Of a DNA stretch of 64,000 bases, positions 27,683 to 35,399 are shown piece by piece. The notes below the pieces were generated by a model that saw nothing but the letters and a program-made list of their open reading frames with translations, had not been told where the DNA came from and did not search any database. The position numbers and the translations under genes are program-made. Source of the DNA: Verrucomicrobiales bacterium (GTDB taxonomy: Bacteria > Verrucomicrobiota > Verrucomicrobiia > Limisphaerales > CAIMTB01); assembly GCA_016795425.1 (NCBI GenBank), contig JAEUHG010000174.1, forward strand, positions 68,131-132,130, written 5' to 3'. Position 1 is the stretch's first letter. Each line of letters begins with the position of its first letter.

Positions 27683-28240
27683 ATGAACCGCATTCTGATC
27701 CTGTTCGATTCCAAATCCGGCAATACCTCCAAGATGGCGGCCTTCGTCGCCGAGGGAGCCCGGCGCATCGCCGACACCGAGGTTCGCGTGCGTTCCGTGG
27801 ACGACGCCAAGGCGGAGGACGTGCTTTGGTGTGACGGCATTGCCGTGGGAAGTCCGACCAACATGGGCCTGTTATCCTGGAAGATGAAACGCTTCTGGGA
27901 CGACGTGATGGGGGAACATTGGATGAAGATCGACGGCAAGATCGCCACCGCCTTTTGCAGCGCGGGGGCCTGGGGCGGCGGCATGGAGATCGCCTGCCAG
28001 TCGATTCTCATGCTGATGGTCAACTTCGGCTTCCTGGTCTTCGGCGTCACCGACTACGCCGCCAAGGGCATGACCGGGCACTACGGCGCGGTAGCGATGA
28101 AGGAACCCCGGGAGCCGGAGGTGCAGGAATCCTGCCGAATCCTGGGACAACGGCTGGCGGAATGGACGGCGGTCCAGATCCACGGCCGCCGCGAGGAACA
28201 TCCCGGTCTGAAGCAGAGCCAGCGTCTGTTCGCCTGCTGA
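27683..28240 (+). CDS. Flavodoxin-like / NAD(P)H-dependent FMN reductase (WrbA-like) protein
   Basis: MNRILILFDSKSGNTSKMAAFVAEGA..VLWCDGIAVGSPTNMG matches the flavodoxin-fold FMN-binding loop. The ATG at 27683 is confirmed in the sequence; the track start is 27590. Confidence 0.8.
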   Translation: MNRILILFDSKSGNTSKMAAFVAEGARRIADTEVRVRSVDDAKAEDVLWCDGIAVGSPTNMGLLSWKMKRFWDDVMGEHWMKIDGKIATAFCSAGAWGGGMEIACQSILMLMVNFGFLVFGVTDYAAKGMTGHYGAVAMKEPREPEVQESCRILGQRLAEWTAVQIHGRREEHPGLKQSQRLFAC

Positions 28241-28257
28241 CCGGGTGACCGGCTGGC

Positions 28258-28296
28258 AAATAAAAACCGCGCGAAGGCGTGCCCTCGCGCGGTTTG
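28258..28296. terminator. Bidirectional hairpin terminator between convergent genes
   Basis: A 9-bp stem, ACCGCGCGA (28266-28274) / TCGCGCGGT (28285-28293). It is flanked by AAATAAAAA upstream, which is a T-run for the minus-strand LamG gene, and by TTTGC downstream. Confidence 0.6.
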
Positions 28297-28325
28297 CAGA
28301 CGAAGCGATCGACGGATCGCGTTTG

Positions 28326-31300
28326 TTATTCGTAGGTGAGCACCAGGTTGGCGCCCTGCACGGCCACCGTCTTGATCTTCACCGCGGTGCCGCCGCGGAC
28401 CCGGTAGAACGTGGTCGAAGCCGGCACCGGTACCGTGATGGACTTGGCCCCGCTGTTGACGGTGGCGCCGGATTGCACGGCGTACGGACCGGTGACGGTG
28501 CCCGAGGCATGCAACTCGACGGTCGTCGCACTTCCTCCCAACGGAACGCAGTTGCCGGCGCTGGAGCCGGTCAAGGGCGGTCCGTCGGGGGTGGGCCCGC
28601 CAAGCGCCGCCACTTCATCGTCGGTCATCGCACCCTCGCGGAACTGCATGGCCGCGACGAAGACGCTGCTCTGTTCATTGTCGTCGCCGTCGTTGAACAG
28701 GAAGATTTCGGACGGCAGGGAGAAGCGGCCGTCGATGTTGGCGCCATCGCCGGTGACATCCTCGCGGTGTTTCACGCCATTGACGAACTTGGCGAAGCGC
28801 TTGGGATTCGCGGTGAGGTCGGCGACGATGACGACACGGCCCCAGGCATGCCGCTCGTGGCGGCCGGCGGGCGTGGCACCGACATACGGGGAACAGCAGC
28901 CCTTGCCGTACGAACCGTCACCGGCAGCCCAGAACAGATCGCCGTCGTTGTTCTGGTTCAAGTCGTGGGTTCGAAGGAGGGTTCCGTTGCCATGGCCATC
29001 GCCCCAGTAAAGATCGGCGATCATGGTCCAGACGTTGGCATTGGCCCCGCCGCCACTCGCGCCCAGTCCGGTCTTGGCCCGGAGTCCAGTCTTACGGAAA
29101 TCCTCGCCGTTTTCATTGCGAGGAATGGACAGGAACTTCACCGGCTGTCCGTTGATGCCGGGGACATCGGCAAAGGCTCCCTGTCCCGAAGTACCGAAGG
29201 CATAGTGGCTGGAGATGGAGTTGTCGATGTAGGTGAGATCGGCACCCACCGTGGCCCCGAGGTCGCCGTCGAAAGCCCAGTGCGCTTTGACATTCGGCGA
29301 GACGGTCTCCGGCGCCGGGATTCCCGAAGCCGACGGTCCGCCGAGCGCGGCCACATCGTCATCGGTGAGAGCGACCGGGCGGAACTGCACGGAATTCACA
29401 TAGACCGTGCTCTGTTCGTTGTCGTCGCCGTCGTTGAACATGAAGATCTCGGGCGGGAGCGAGAAGCGACCGTCGATATTGGCGCCGTCGCCGGTGACAT
29501 CTTCACGGTGTTTCACGCCATTGACGTACTTGGCGAAGCGCTTGGGATTCGCGGTGAGGTCGGCGACGATGACGACGCGGCCCCAGGCATGGCGTTCATG
29601 ACGGCCGGCGGGAGTGGCGCCCACATAGGGTGAGCAACAGCCTTTGCCGTAAGAACCGTCGCCGGCGGCCCAGAACAGATCGCCGTCGTTGTTCTGATTC
29701 AGGTCGTGGGTGCGAAGCAGGGTCCCATTGCCGTGGCCATCACCCCAATAAAGGTCGGCGATCATGGTCCAGACATTGGCGTTCGCCCCGCCGCCGCTGG
29801 CGGCCAGACCGGTGTTGATGCGCAGGCCGGTCTTGCGGAAATCCTCCCCGTTCTCGTTGCGCGGGATCGCGAGGAACTGCACCGGCTGGCCGCCGATGCC
29901 CGGGACGTCCGCGAACGCACCCTGCCCCGAGGTACCGAAGGAATAATGGGAGGCGATCGAGCTATCGATGAAGGTCGCGGCCGAGCCGACGGTGGCACTC
30001 AGGTTGCCGTTGAATTCCCATTGCGCCGTCACACCGGAACCGCCACCGGAGTCCGGCACGGGAATTCCGTCCGCGGAGGGCCCACCCAAAGCGGCGATCT
30101 CGTTGTCGGTCAGAACTCCAGCGCGATACTGAACGGCGCTTACAAACACGGAACTCTGCTCATTGTCGTCGCCGTCGTTGAACATGAAGATTTCAGCGGG
30201 CAGCGAGAAGCGGCCGTCGATATTGGCGCCGTCGCCGGTGACATCTTCGCGGTGTTTCACGCCGTTGACGTATTTGGCGAAGCGCTTGGGATTCGCGGTG
30301 AGATCGGCGACGATGACCACGCGACCCCAGGCGTGGCGTTCATGGCGGCCTGCGGGGGTGGCGCCCACGTACGGCGAGCAGCAGCCCTTGCCGTAGGAAC
30401 CGTCCCCGGCGGCCCAAAAGAGATCGCCGTCGTTGTTCTGATTCAGGTCATGGGTGCGGAGAAGCGTGCCGTTGCCATGCCCGTCACCCCAATAGAGATC
30501 GGCAATCATCGTCCACTGATTGGCATTCGCCCCGCCGCCGCTGGCCGGAAGTCCCGGTTTCACGCGCAATCCGGTCTTGCGGAAATCCTCGCCGTTTTCG
30601 TTTCGGGGAATGGACAGGAATTTGACCGCTTTGCCCCCGATTCCCGGGACATCCGCGAAGGCCCCCTGACCGGAGGTTCCGAAGGCGTAGTGCGAAGCGA
30701 TCGAACTGTCGATGAAGGACGCGTCGGCGCCCACCTTGGCTTTGAGCGTTCCGTCGTCGAAATCCCAGTACCCGGTGACGGCCGGACCCGCGACATTTTC
30801 ACATTCGCCGGGAGCGGTGGAAAAGGACCAGGAGGTTGATACGGCATTGCCCGCGCTGTCGGCGTAACTCAGCACGACCGGGTAGGTATCCGCGGATACA
30901 TGTCCCGGGTGGGAATAGCTGATGGTTGTCAGTTTGCCATTCTTGGTCACGGCGGGAACCAGCGTCGCCTCGCCCACTTTGAGCTGAATGGAGCCGGGGG
31001 TGAGGGTCGTGGATTCCTCGGTGACGACCACTTCCACGCTGAGTTTCGGATTCACTCCCACCTCGCCCGGCGCGGGTTTGGCGCTGCTGACAAAGGGAGC
31101 GGCCGCGCCGCTGCGGTCACGATAGGCCTTGATGTGGCCCGCGGCGGAGCGGTCGTTGATCAGAATGCGCTCGCCTGCGGCATTCACGGAGAAGAACTCG
31201 CAGTTGGCGTCGCCCGCCGCCTCGTACCACAGCAGCCGAACGCCGTAGATTCCGGCTTCCTCGATCACGAAGGAGAAGGTCGTGTTGGCCACGCCGTCGA

Positions 31301-32804
31301 TACCGCCGACGACCGCCGCGGTGACATCCCGCGGATCCCCGCCGACGCTGACCCGGAATCCGTCGTCACTCACCACTCCGAGGGTCACCAGTCCGGCAGG
31401 AAGATCCAGGTACGCGACGCTTTCGATGACCACATTGTCATTCGCGGCATTGCCGTCCGGAGTCAGTCCCGGGTAACCGGGAATGGGATCATCGGAAGGG
31501 AAACTGCCCGCACCTGCCTGGTCATCGTCCCAGTTGATGGTGGTCAGCGAAAAGGTGCCGTCGGCCGCGGCCGAACTGAGATCGGCGATGTTGGCCCCCA
31601 CCAACCCGGCCAATTGGCGCTCGGCTGTCGCGGCGCTGCTGGGCGCCGGGGAAACGACTTGATGGACCCGGCTCTTGAAGCCGCTGGAACCGGTGTTCAC
31701 CAGGCCGGGTTTCGCCTTGGCGCTCGCCGGAATGGTCGCGTAGGTGGCGACATTGAATTCGAAGGCGAATTTCTGGTTGGTGTCGTAGGTCAGCTCGACC
31801 TTGTGGTTGGAGCCCGATGCCAGCAGTCCGGGCGGATCATAGGTGATCGTCCGGGTGTTTCCCTGGCTGGCGACGCTGGGCGTGACCGCGGCGCCGTCAA
31901 AGGTCATTTGCACGGTGCTCGAAGCGAGGTTTTCAACCACGATTGTTACCACGGAGTCGGCCCGGGCCTGCTGGGCCGCAGGGGCCTTGGACGAGACGTA
32001 GGCCCCGCCGCCGACCGTCGTGGTGGTAATGGCGACATCGTCAATCCAGTGGTTGTTGCGAATCGCCGCGGTCAATTCGGCGGTGCCCGCGCCGAACCCG
32101 AAAACGCCCGCGATTGGCGTGTAACCGATGCCGACATTGTCATAGACCTTCACGCCGTCGTAGGTGACGTCGAGGGTCCCATCCGGGTCGATCTTCACCT
32201 CCACCGCGGCGAATCGTGTCGCCGTGGAGTTGGCGGGATAAGTTTGGATGCCGCGGAAGCTGCGGGCGGCGACCTTGGCCCCGCCGACCTTGACGATGAT
32301 GCCAGGGGCGTCGCCGGGATCGTTTCCTTCCGCGTTGAAGCCCGCGAGATTATCGATGGTGTCGAAGGAGATCACCAGGCCGCGCAAGTTACCGCCGCCT
32401 TCGCGAAAGGCATCGGTACCCACGTCACCCGACAAGACGAAACTGAATCCTTGCGCACCGAGCGAACTTCCGCCGCCCACCGCGGCCTTGAAGGTTGCGG
32501 TGAAGCTCTGGACGGCCGCGCCATTGTTGAAATCAGGAAGCGTATACGAACCGTTTTGCGGGAGCGGCTTCGCCGGATCCGCGGGTGGCAGGTCGGCAAG
32601 GTCGGTCAGCTTGAGCACGCCATCCTCGACCTCGGCTATGCCCAGCGGATTTCCCCCGGGGTCCGAGGCAAAGTCGGTGGTGAAGCTGGCGGCGCCCGCT
32701 TCGAATGCTGTGGTAAACGCCGCGAGGAGCGCTGTGGCCAATGGCCACTTGGACCTCTTCAGGCGCAGTTTTGGTACGGATCCGGATCTGAGCATGCTAG
32801 TCAT
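28326..32804 (-). CDS. Giant secreted lectin/LamG (concanavalin A-like) multi-domain protein
   Basis: Signal peptide (KWPLATALLAAFTTAFEAGAA). The N-terminal domain is lectin-like. Ig-like segments follow. There are three tandem ~247-aa LamG-like modules (WTMIADLYWGDGHGNGTLLRTHDLNQNNDGDLFWAAGDGSYGKGCCSPYVGATPAGRHERHAWGRVVIVADL...FNDGDDNEQS). The C-terminal tail contains FYRVR. Confidence 0.85.
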   Translation of the reverse strand: MTSMLRSGSVPKLRLKRSKWPLATALLAAFTTAFEAGAASFTTDFASDPGGNPLGIAEVEDGVLKLTDLADLPPADPAKPLPQNGSYTLPDFNNGAAVQSFTATFKAAVGGGSSLGAQGFSFVLSGDVGTDAFREGGGNLRGLVISFDTIDNLAGFNAEGNDPGDAPGIIVKVGGAKVAARSFRGIQTYPANSTATRFAAVEVKIDPDGTLDVTYDGVKVYDNVGIGYTPIAGVFGFGAGTAELTAAIRNNHWIDDVAITTTTVGGGAYVSSKAPAAQQARADSVVTIVVENLASSTVQMTFDGAAVTPSVASQGNTRTITYDPPGLLASGSNHKVELTYDTNQKFAFEFNVATYATIPASAKAKPGLVNTGSSGFKSRVHQVVSPAPSSAATAERQLAGLVGANIADLSSAAADGTFSLTTINWDDDQAGAGSFPSDDPIPGYPGLTPDGNAANDNVVIESVAYLDLPAGLVTLGVVSDDGFRVSVGGDPRDVTAAVVGGIDGVANTTFSFVIEEAGIYGVRLLWYEAAGDANCEFFSVNAAGERILINDRSAAGHIKAYRDRSGAAAPFVSSAKPAPGEVGVNPKLSVEVVVTEESTTLTPGSIQLKVGEATLVPAVTKNGKLTTISYSHPGHVSADTYPVVLSYADSAGNAVSTSWSFSTAPGECENVAGPAVTGYWDFDDGTLKAKVGADASFIDSSIASHYAFGTSGQGAFADVPGIGGKAVKFLSIPRNENGEDFRKTGLRVKPGLPASGGGANANQWTMIADLYWGDGHGNGTLLRTHDLNQNNDGDLFWAAGDGSYGKGCCSPYVGATPAGRHERHAWGRVVIVADLTANPKRFAKYVNGVKHREDVTGDGANIDGRFSLPAEIFMFNDGDDNEQSSVFVSAVQYRAGVLTDNEIAALGGPSADGIPVPDSGGGSGVTAQWEFNGNLSATVGSAATFIDSSIASHYSFGTSGQGAFADVPGIGGQPVQFLAIPRNENGEDFRKTGLRINTGLAASGGGANANVWTMIADLYWGDGHGNGTLLRTHDLNQNNDGDLFWAAGDGSYGKGCCSPYVGATPAGRHERHAWGRVVIVADLTANPKRFAKYVNGVKHREDVTGDGANIDGRFSLPPEIFMFNDGDDNEQSTVYVNSVQFRPVALTDDDVAALGGPSASGIPAPETVSPNVKAHWAFDGDLGATVGADLTYIDNSISSHYAFGTSGQGAFADVPGINGQPVKFLSIPRNENGEDFRKTGLRAKTGLGASGGGANANVWTMIADLYWGDGHGNGTLLRTHDLNQNNDGDLFWAAGDGSYGKGCCSPYVGATPAGRHERHAWGRVVIVADLTANPKRFAKFVNGVKHREDVTGDGANIDGRFSLPSEIFLFNDGDDNEQSSVFVAAMQFREGAMTDDEVAALGGPTPDGPPLTGSSAGNCVPLGGSATTVELHASGTVTGPYAVQSGATVNSGAKSITVPVPASTTFYRVRGGTAVKIKTVAVQGANLVLTYE
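28560..30775 (-). repeat. Three tandem coding repeats, period 741-744 bp, inside the LamG gene
   Basis: The anchor GTTGAACA(G/T)GAAGAT recurs at 28692, 29433 and 30177. Long runs are shared by all three copies, e.g. CTTGGCGAAGCGCTTGGGATTCGCGGTGAG. The boundaries are approximate. Confidence 0.9.
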
Positions 32805-33026
32805 AGATTTCTCGCCGTCGTCCGCGATTCATGTTGCCGACTACACCGCTCTGCCCCAGTTGACGCGGCATGGCATCGGTAGCAGCCGCATCTGATGTCG
32901 AGGTGTAGCTAGGATGATGGCTCTGCACTAGCGAACCGCTGTTCTGTTTGGCAAGTCGAAACCCTCTTTTGCAGCCCAACGTCAGGAAGATGGCCGACGC
33001 GCGCCGCATTTCGGGTTGGCGCGAGT

Positions 33027-35288
33027 TTGTTCTTCACCCTGAGGTCTCCCAGACCCTTTGCTTCCGCCGTGATTGCGCGCGTCGCCCTCGATCTCGCGCT
33101 CGGCAAGGAGTTCGACTACCTCGTTCCGCCCGAGCTCGAAGCCGAAGTGGAGGTGGGCCGAAGGGTCAAGGTGCCATTCGGCCAGCGCGAGGTCTTGGGG
33201 AATATCGTGGCGATTCCCGAGTCGTCACCCCACGCGCACCTGCGACCTCTGGTCAAACTCCTTGGGCGCCAGGCCCAACTCACCCCCGAGGTGCTCGAAC
33301 TGGCCCGCTGGATCGCCGACTATTACTGCTGTCCCGTCGAAACGGCATTGAAGAGTGTGCTTCCCGATTCCGTTCGTCGGGAACAGGACGGCTGGCGCCA
33401 GCGACTGACGGTTCGCCTCTTACCCGTGCGAGGCGAACTGCCGGAGCTCACCCAGCGGCAGAAGGAGCTCTGGAACATCCTCGAGGAATGGCGGGAACTG
33501 CCGCTCCAGGAATTGGTCCGTTTGGCGGGAACGACCACCGAAACGGTGCGGCGGCTCGAGGACAAGGGGCTGTTGACCATCACCAGCGAGATCTCCGAGC
33601 GTGATCCCTATGCCGCCGATCAGATCCTGCCCACCGATCCGCTGCCGCTGAATGACGATCAGGCGCGCGCCTTGGCGGCGATCGGAGCCGCCGCGAAACC
33701 GTCGGATGCGCCCCCCGTTTTCCTGCTCCACGGGGTCACTGGCTCGGGCAAGACGGAAGTCTACCTGCAGGCCATCGCGCGGACGCTCGAAGCCGGCAAA
33801 GGCGCCATCGTCCTCGTGCCCGAAATCGCCCTCACGCCGCAAACCGTGGAGCGCTTCAAGGCACGGTTCAATCATGGCGCCCTGCGAACCCTGGTGGCGG
33901 TCTTTCACAGCCACCTCTCGGTCGGCGAGCGCCACGATGAATGGCAGAAGATCCGCCAGGGCCGCGCCCGCATCGTCATCGGGGCGCGTTCGGCCATCTT
34001 CGCCCCGGTTTCACCGCTCGGCCTCATCATCGTCGACGAAGAGCACGAACCTTCTTACAAGCAGGAAGAATCCCCGCGTTACCATGCCCGCGATGTCGCG
34101 GTGGTGCGTGCCCGGCGCGCGGGAGCCGTGGTCGTGCTGGGGTCGGCCACACCGTCCCTGGAGAGTTACCACAATGCGAAGCGCGGAAAGTACCAACTGC
34201 TGGAACTGCCGCGGCGCGCCGACAACGCAAAACTTCCGATCGTCCGGGTGATCGACATGCGAACCGAGGCCCGCAAGGCCAAAGGGCCGCCGGTGTTCTC
34301 CCATCCTCTTCACGAGGCGATTCTCCAGCGACTGGAACGTCGGGAGCAGGTTATGCTCTTCCTGAACCGCCGCGGATACTCGACGTCGCTGCAATGTCCA
34401 CAGTGCGGATTCGTGGCCGGCTGCCCCAACTGTTCCGTGGCCCTGACCTACCACCGCCACAAACAACGGATTTGCTGTCATATTTGCGGCCACGAAGAGG
34501 TTGCCCCCACCGTTTGCCCGGAAAAATCGTGCCGCAACCCGGCGATCCGGTACTCGGGTCTCGGAACGGAGCGTCTGGAGGAGGCGATCGCCAAGACCTT
34601 TCCCAAGGCACGCCTGGCGCGGATGGATTCCGACACCTTGCAGAAGAAGGAGGATTACCGCCGGGTCCTGACGGACTTCCGAATCGGCCGCATCGACATT
34701 CTCATCGGCACCCAGATGATCGCCAAAGGGCTGCACTTCCCGAATGTCACCCTGGTGGGCATCATTCACGCCGATCTGGGACTCCATTTGCCGGATTTTC
34801 GTGCCGGCGAACGGACCTTTCAGCTTCTGACTCAAGTCTCGGGTCGCGCCGGCCGCGGCGATATCGAAGGCGAAGTGTTCGTTCAGGCCTTCACCCCGTT
34901 CCACCCCGCGATCCAATACGCGCGACGCCACGACTTCCTTGGCTTCTACGATCAGGAAATGGAGTTTCGACAGCAACTCGGCTATCCGCCCCTGAGTCGG
35001 GTGGCGCTGCTGACCCTGCGCGGACGCAACGAGGACAAGGTTCGTTTCTCTGCGGAGCACGTGCGCGAGGTGGTGGTCAAGGCGGGTTCGGGCATTCGGG
35101 ACCTGGTCATCGCCGGCCCTGCCCCTGCGCCGTTGCTGCGCGCCGAGACGTTCTACCGCTACCAGATCATGCTGCGCACCCAATCCATGGCACGCCTTGC
35201 CTCGGCGTTGGGCCCCAGCCTTCGCGACACGACCCTTCCTGACGACATTCGCATCACGATCGATGTCGACCCTGTCAATCTCATGTGA
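33027..35288 (+). CDS. priA: Primosomal protein N' (replication restart helicase PriA)
   Basis: Walker A LLHGVTGSGKTEVY. DEEH box IIVDEEHEPSYKQ. Cys-rich zinc region CPQCG..CPNCS..CHICGH. The C-terminal helicase motif reads GTQMIAKGLHFPNVTLVG..QVSGRAGRG. The start is the TTG at 33027, per the track. Confidence 0.93.
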   Translation: MFFTLRSPRPFASAVIARVALDLALGKEFDYLVPPELEAEVEVGRRVKVPFGQREVLGNIVAIPESSPHAHLRPLVKLLGRQAQLTPEVLELARWIADYYCCPVETALKSVLPDSVRREQDGWRQRLTVRLLPVRGELPELTQRQKELWNILEEWRELPLQELVRLAGTTTETVRRLEDKGLLTITSEISERDPYAADQILPTDPLPLNDDQARALAAIGAAAKPSDAPPVFLLHGVTGSGKTEVYLQAIARTLEAGKGAIVLVPEIALTPQTVERFKARFNHGALRTLVAVFHSHLSVGERHDEWQKIRQGRARIVIGARSAIFAPVSPLGLIIVDEEHEPSYKQEESPRYHARDVAVVRARRAGAVVVLGSATPSLESYHNAKRGKYQLLELPRRADNAKLPIVRVIDMRTEARKAKGPPVFSHPLHEAILQRLERREQVMLFLNRRGYSTSLQCPQCGFVAGCPNCSVALTYHRHKQRICCHICGHEEVAPTVCPEKSCRNPAIRYSGLGTERLEEAIAKTFPKARLARMDSDTLQKKEDYRRVLTDFRIGRIDILIGTQMIAKGLHFPNVTLVGIIHADLGLHLPDFRAGERTFQLLTQVSGRAGRGDIEGEVFVQAFTPFHPAIQYARRHDFLGFYDQEMEFRQQLGYPPLSRVALLTLRGRNEDKVRFSAEHVREVVVKAGSGIRDLVIAGPAPAPLLRAETFYRYQIMLRTQSMARLASALGPSLRDTTLPDDIRITIDVDPVNLM

Positions 35289-35399
35289 CGACGGGGTCAA
35301 TCCCGCCGCGAGGTGCATGCGCCGGATTGGGCGGACGCCCTGAGCGCGCCTTGACCCCACCTGACCGCAGCCGACCCGGCACGCGGCCTGGCACGCCGG

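Noticed and set aside
28560-30775. The regular ~741-bp tandem repeat considered as a CRISPR array or satellite
   Set aside because: The period is far too long for CRISPR and there are no short repeat/spacer units. The repeats are in frame and encode complete LamG-like modules.
28245-32895. Plus-strand ORFs 28245..29633, 29706..30839, 30900..32882 and 32248..32895
   Set aside because: They are antisense to the LamG/lectin gene. Their apparent internal repetition only mirrors the 741-bp coding repeats on the minus strand.
33941-35360. 433-aa plus-strand alternate-frame ORF and 449-aa minus-strand ORF overlapping priA
   Set aside because: The PriA frame has Walker A, DEEH, zinc-finger and helicase C motifs. 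The overlapping frames are Arg/Pro-rich with no motifs.
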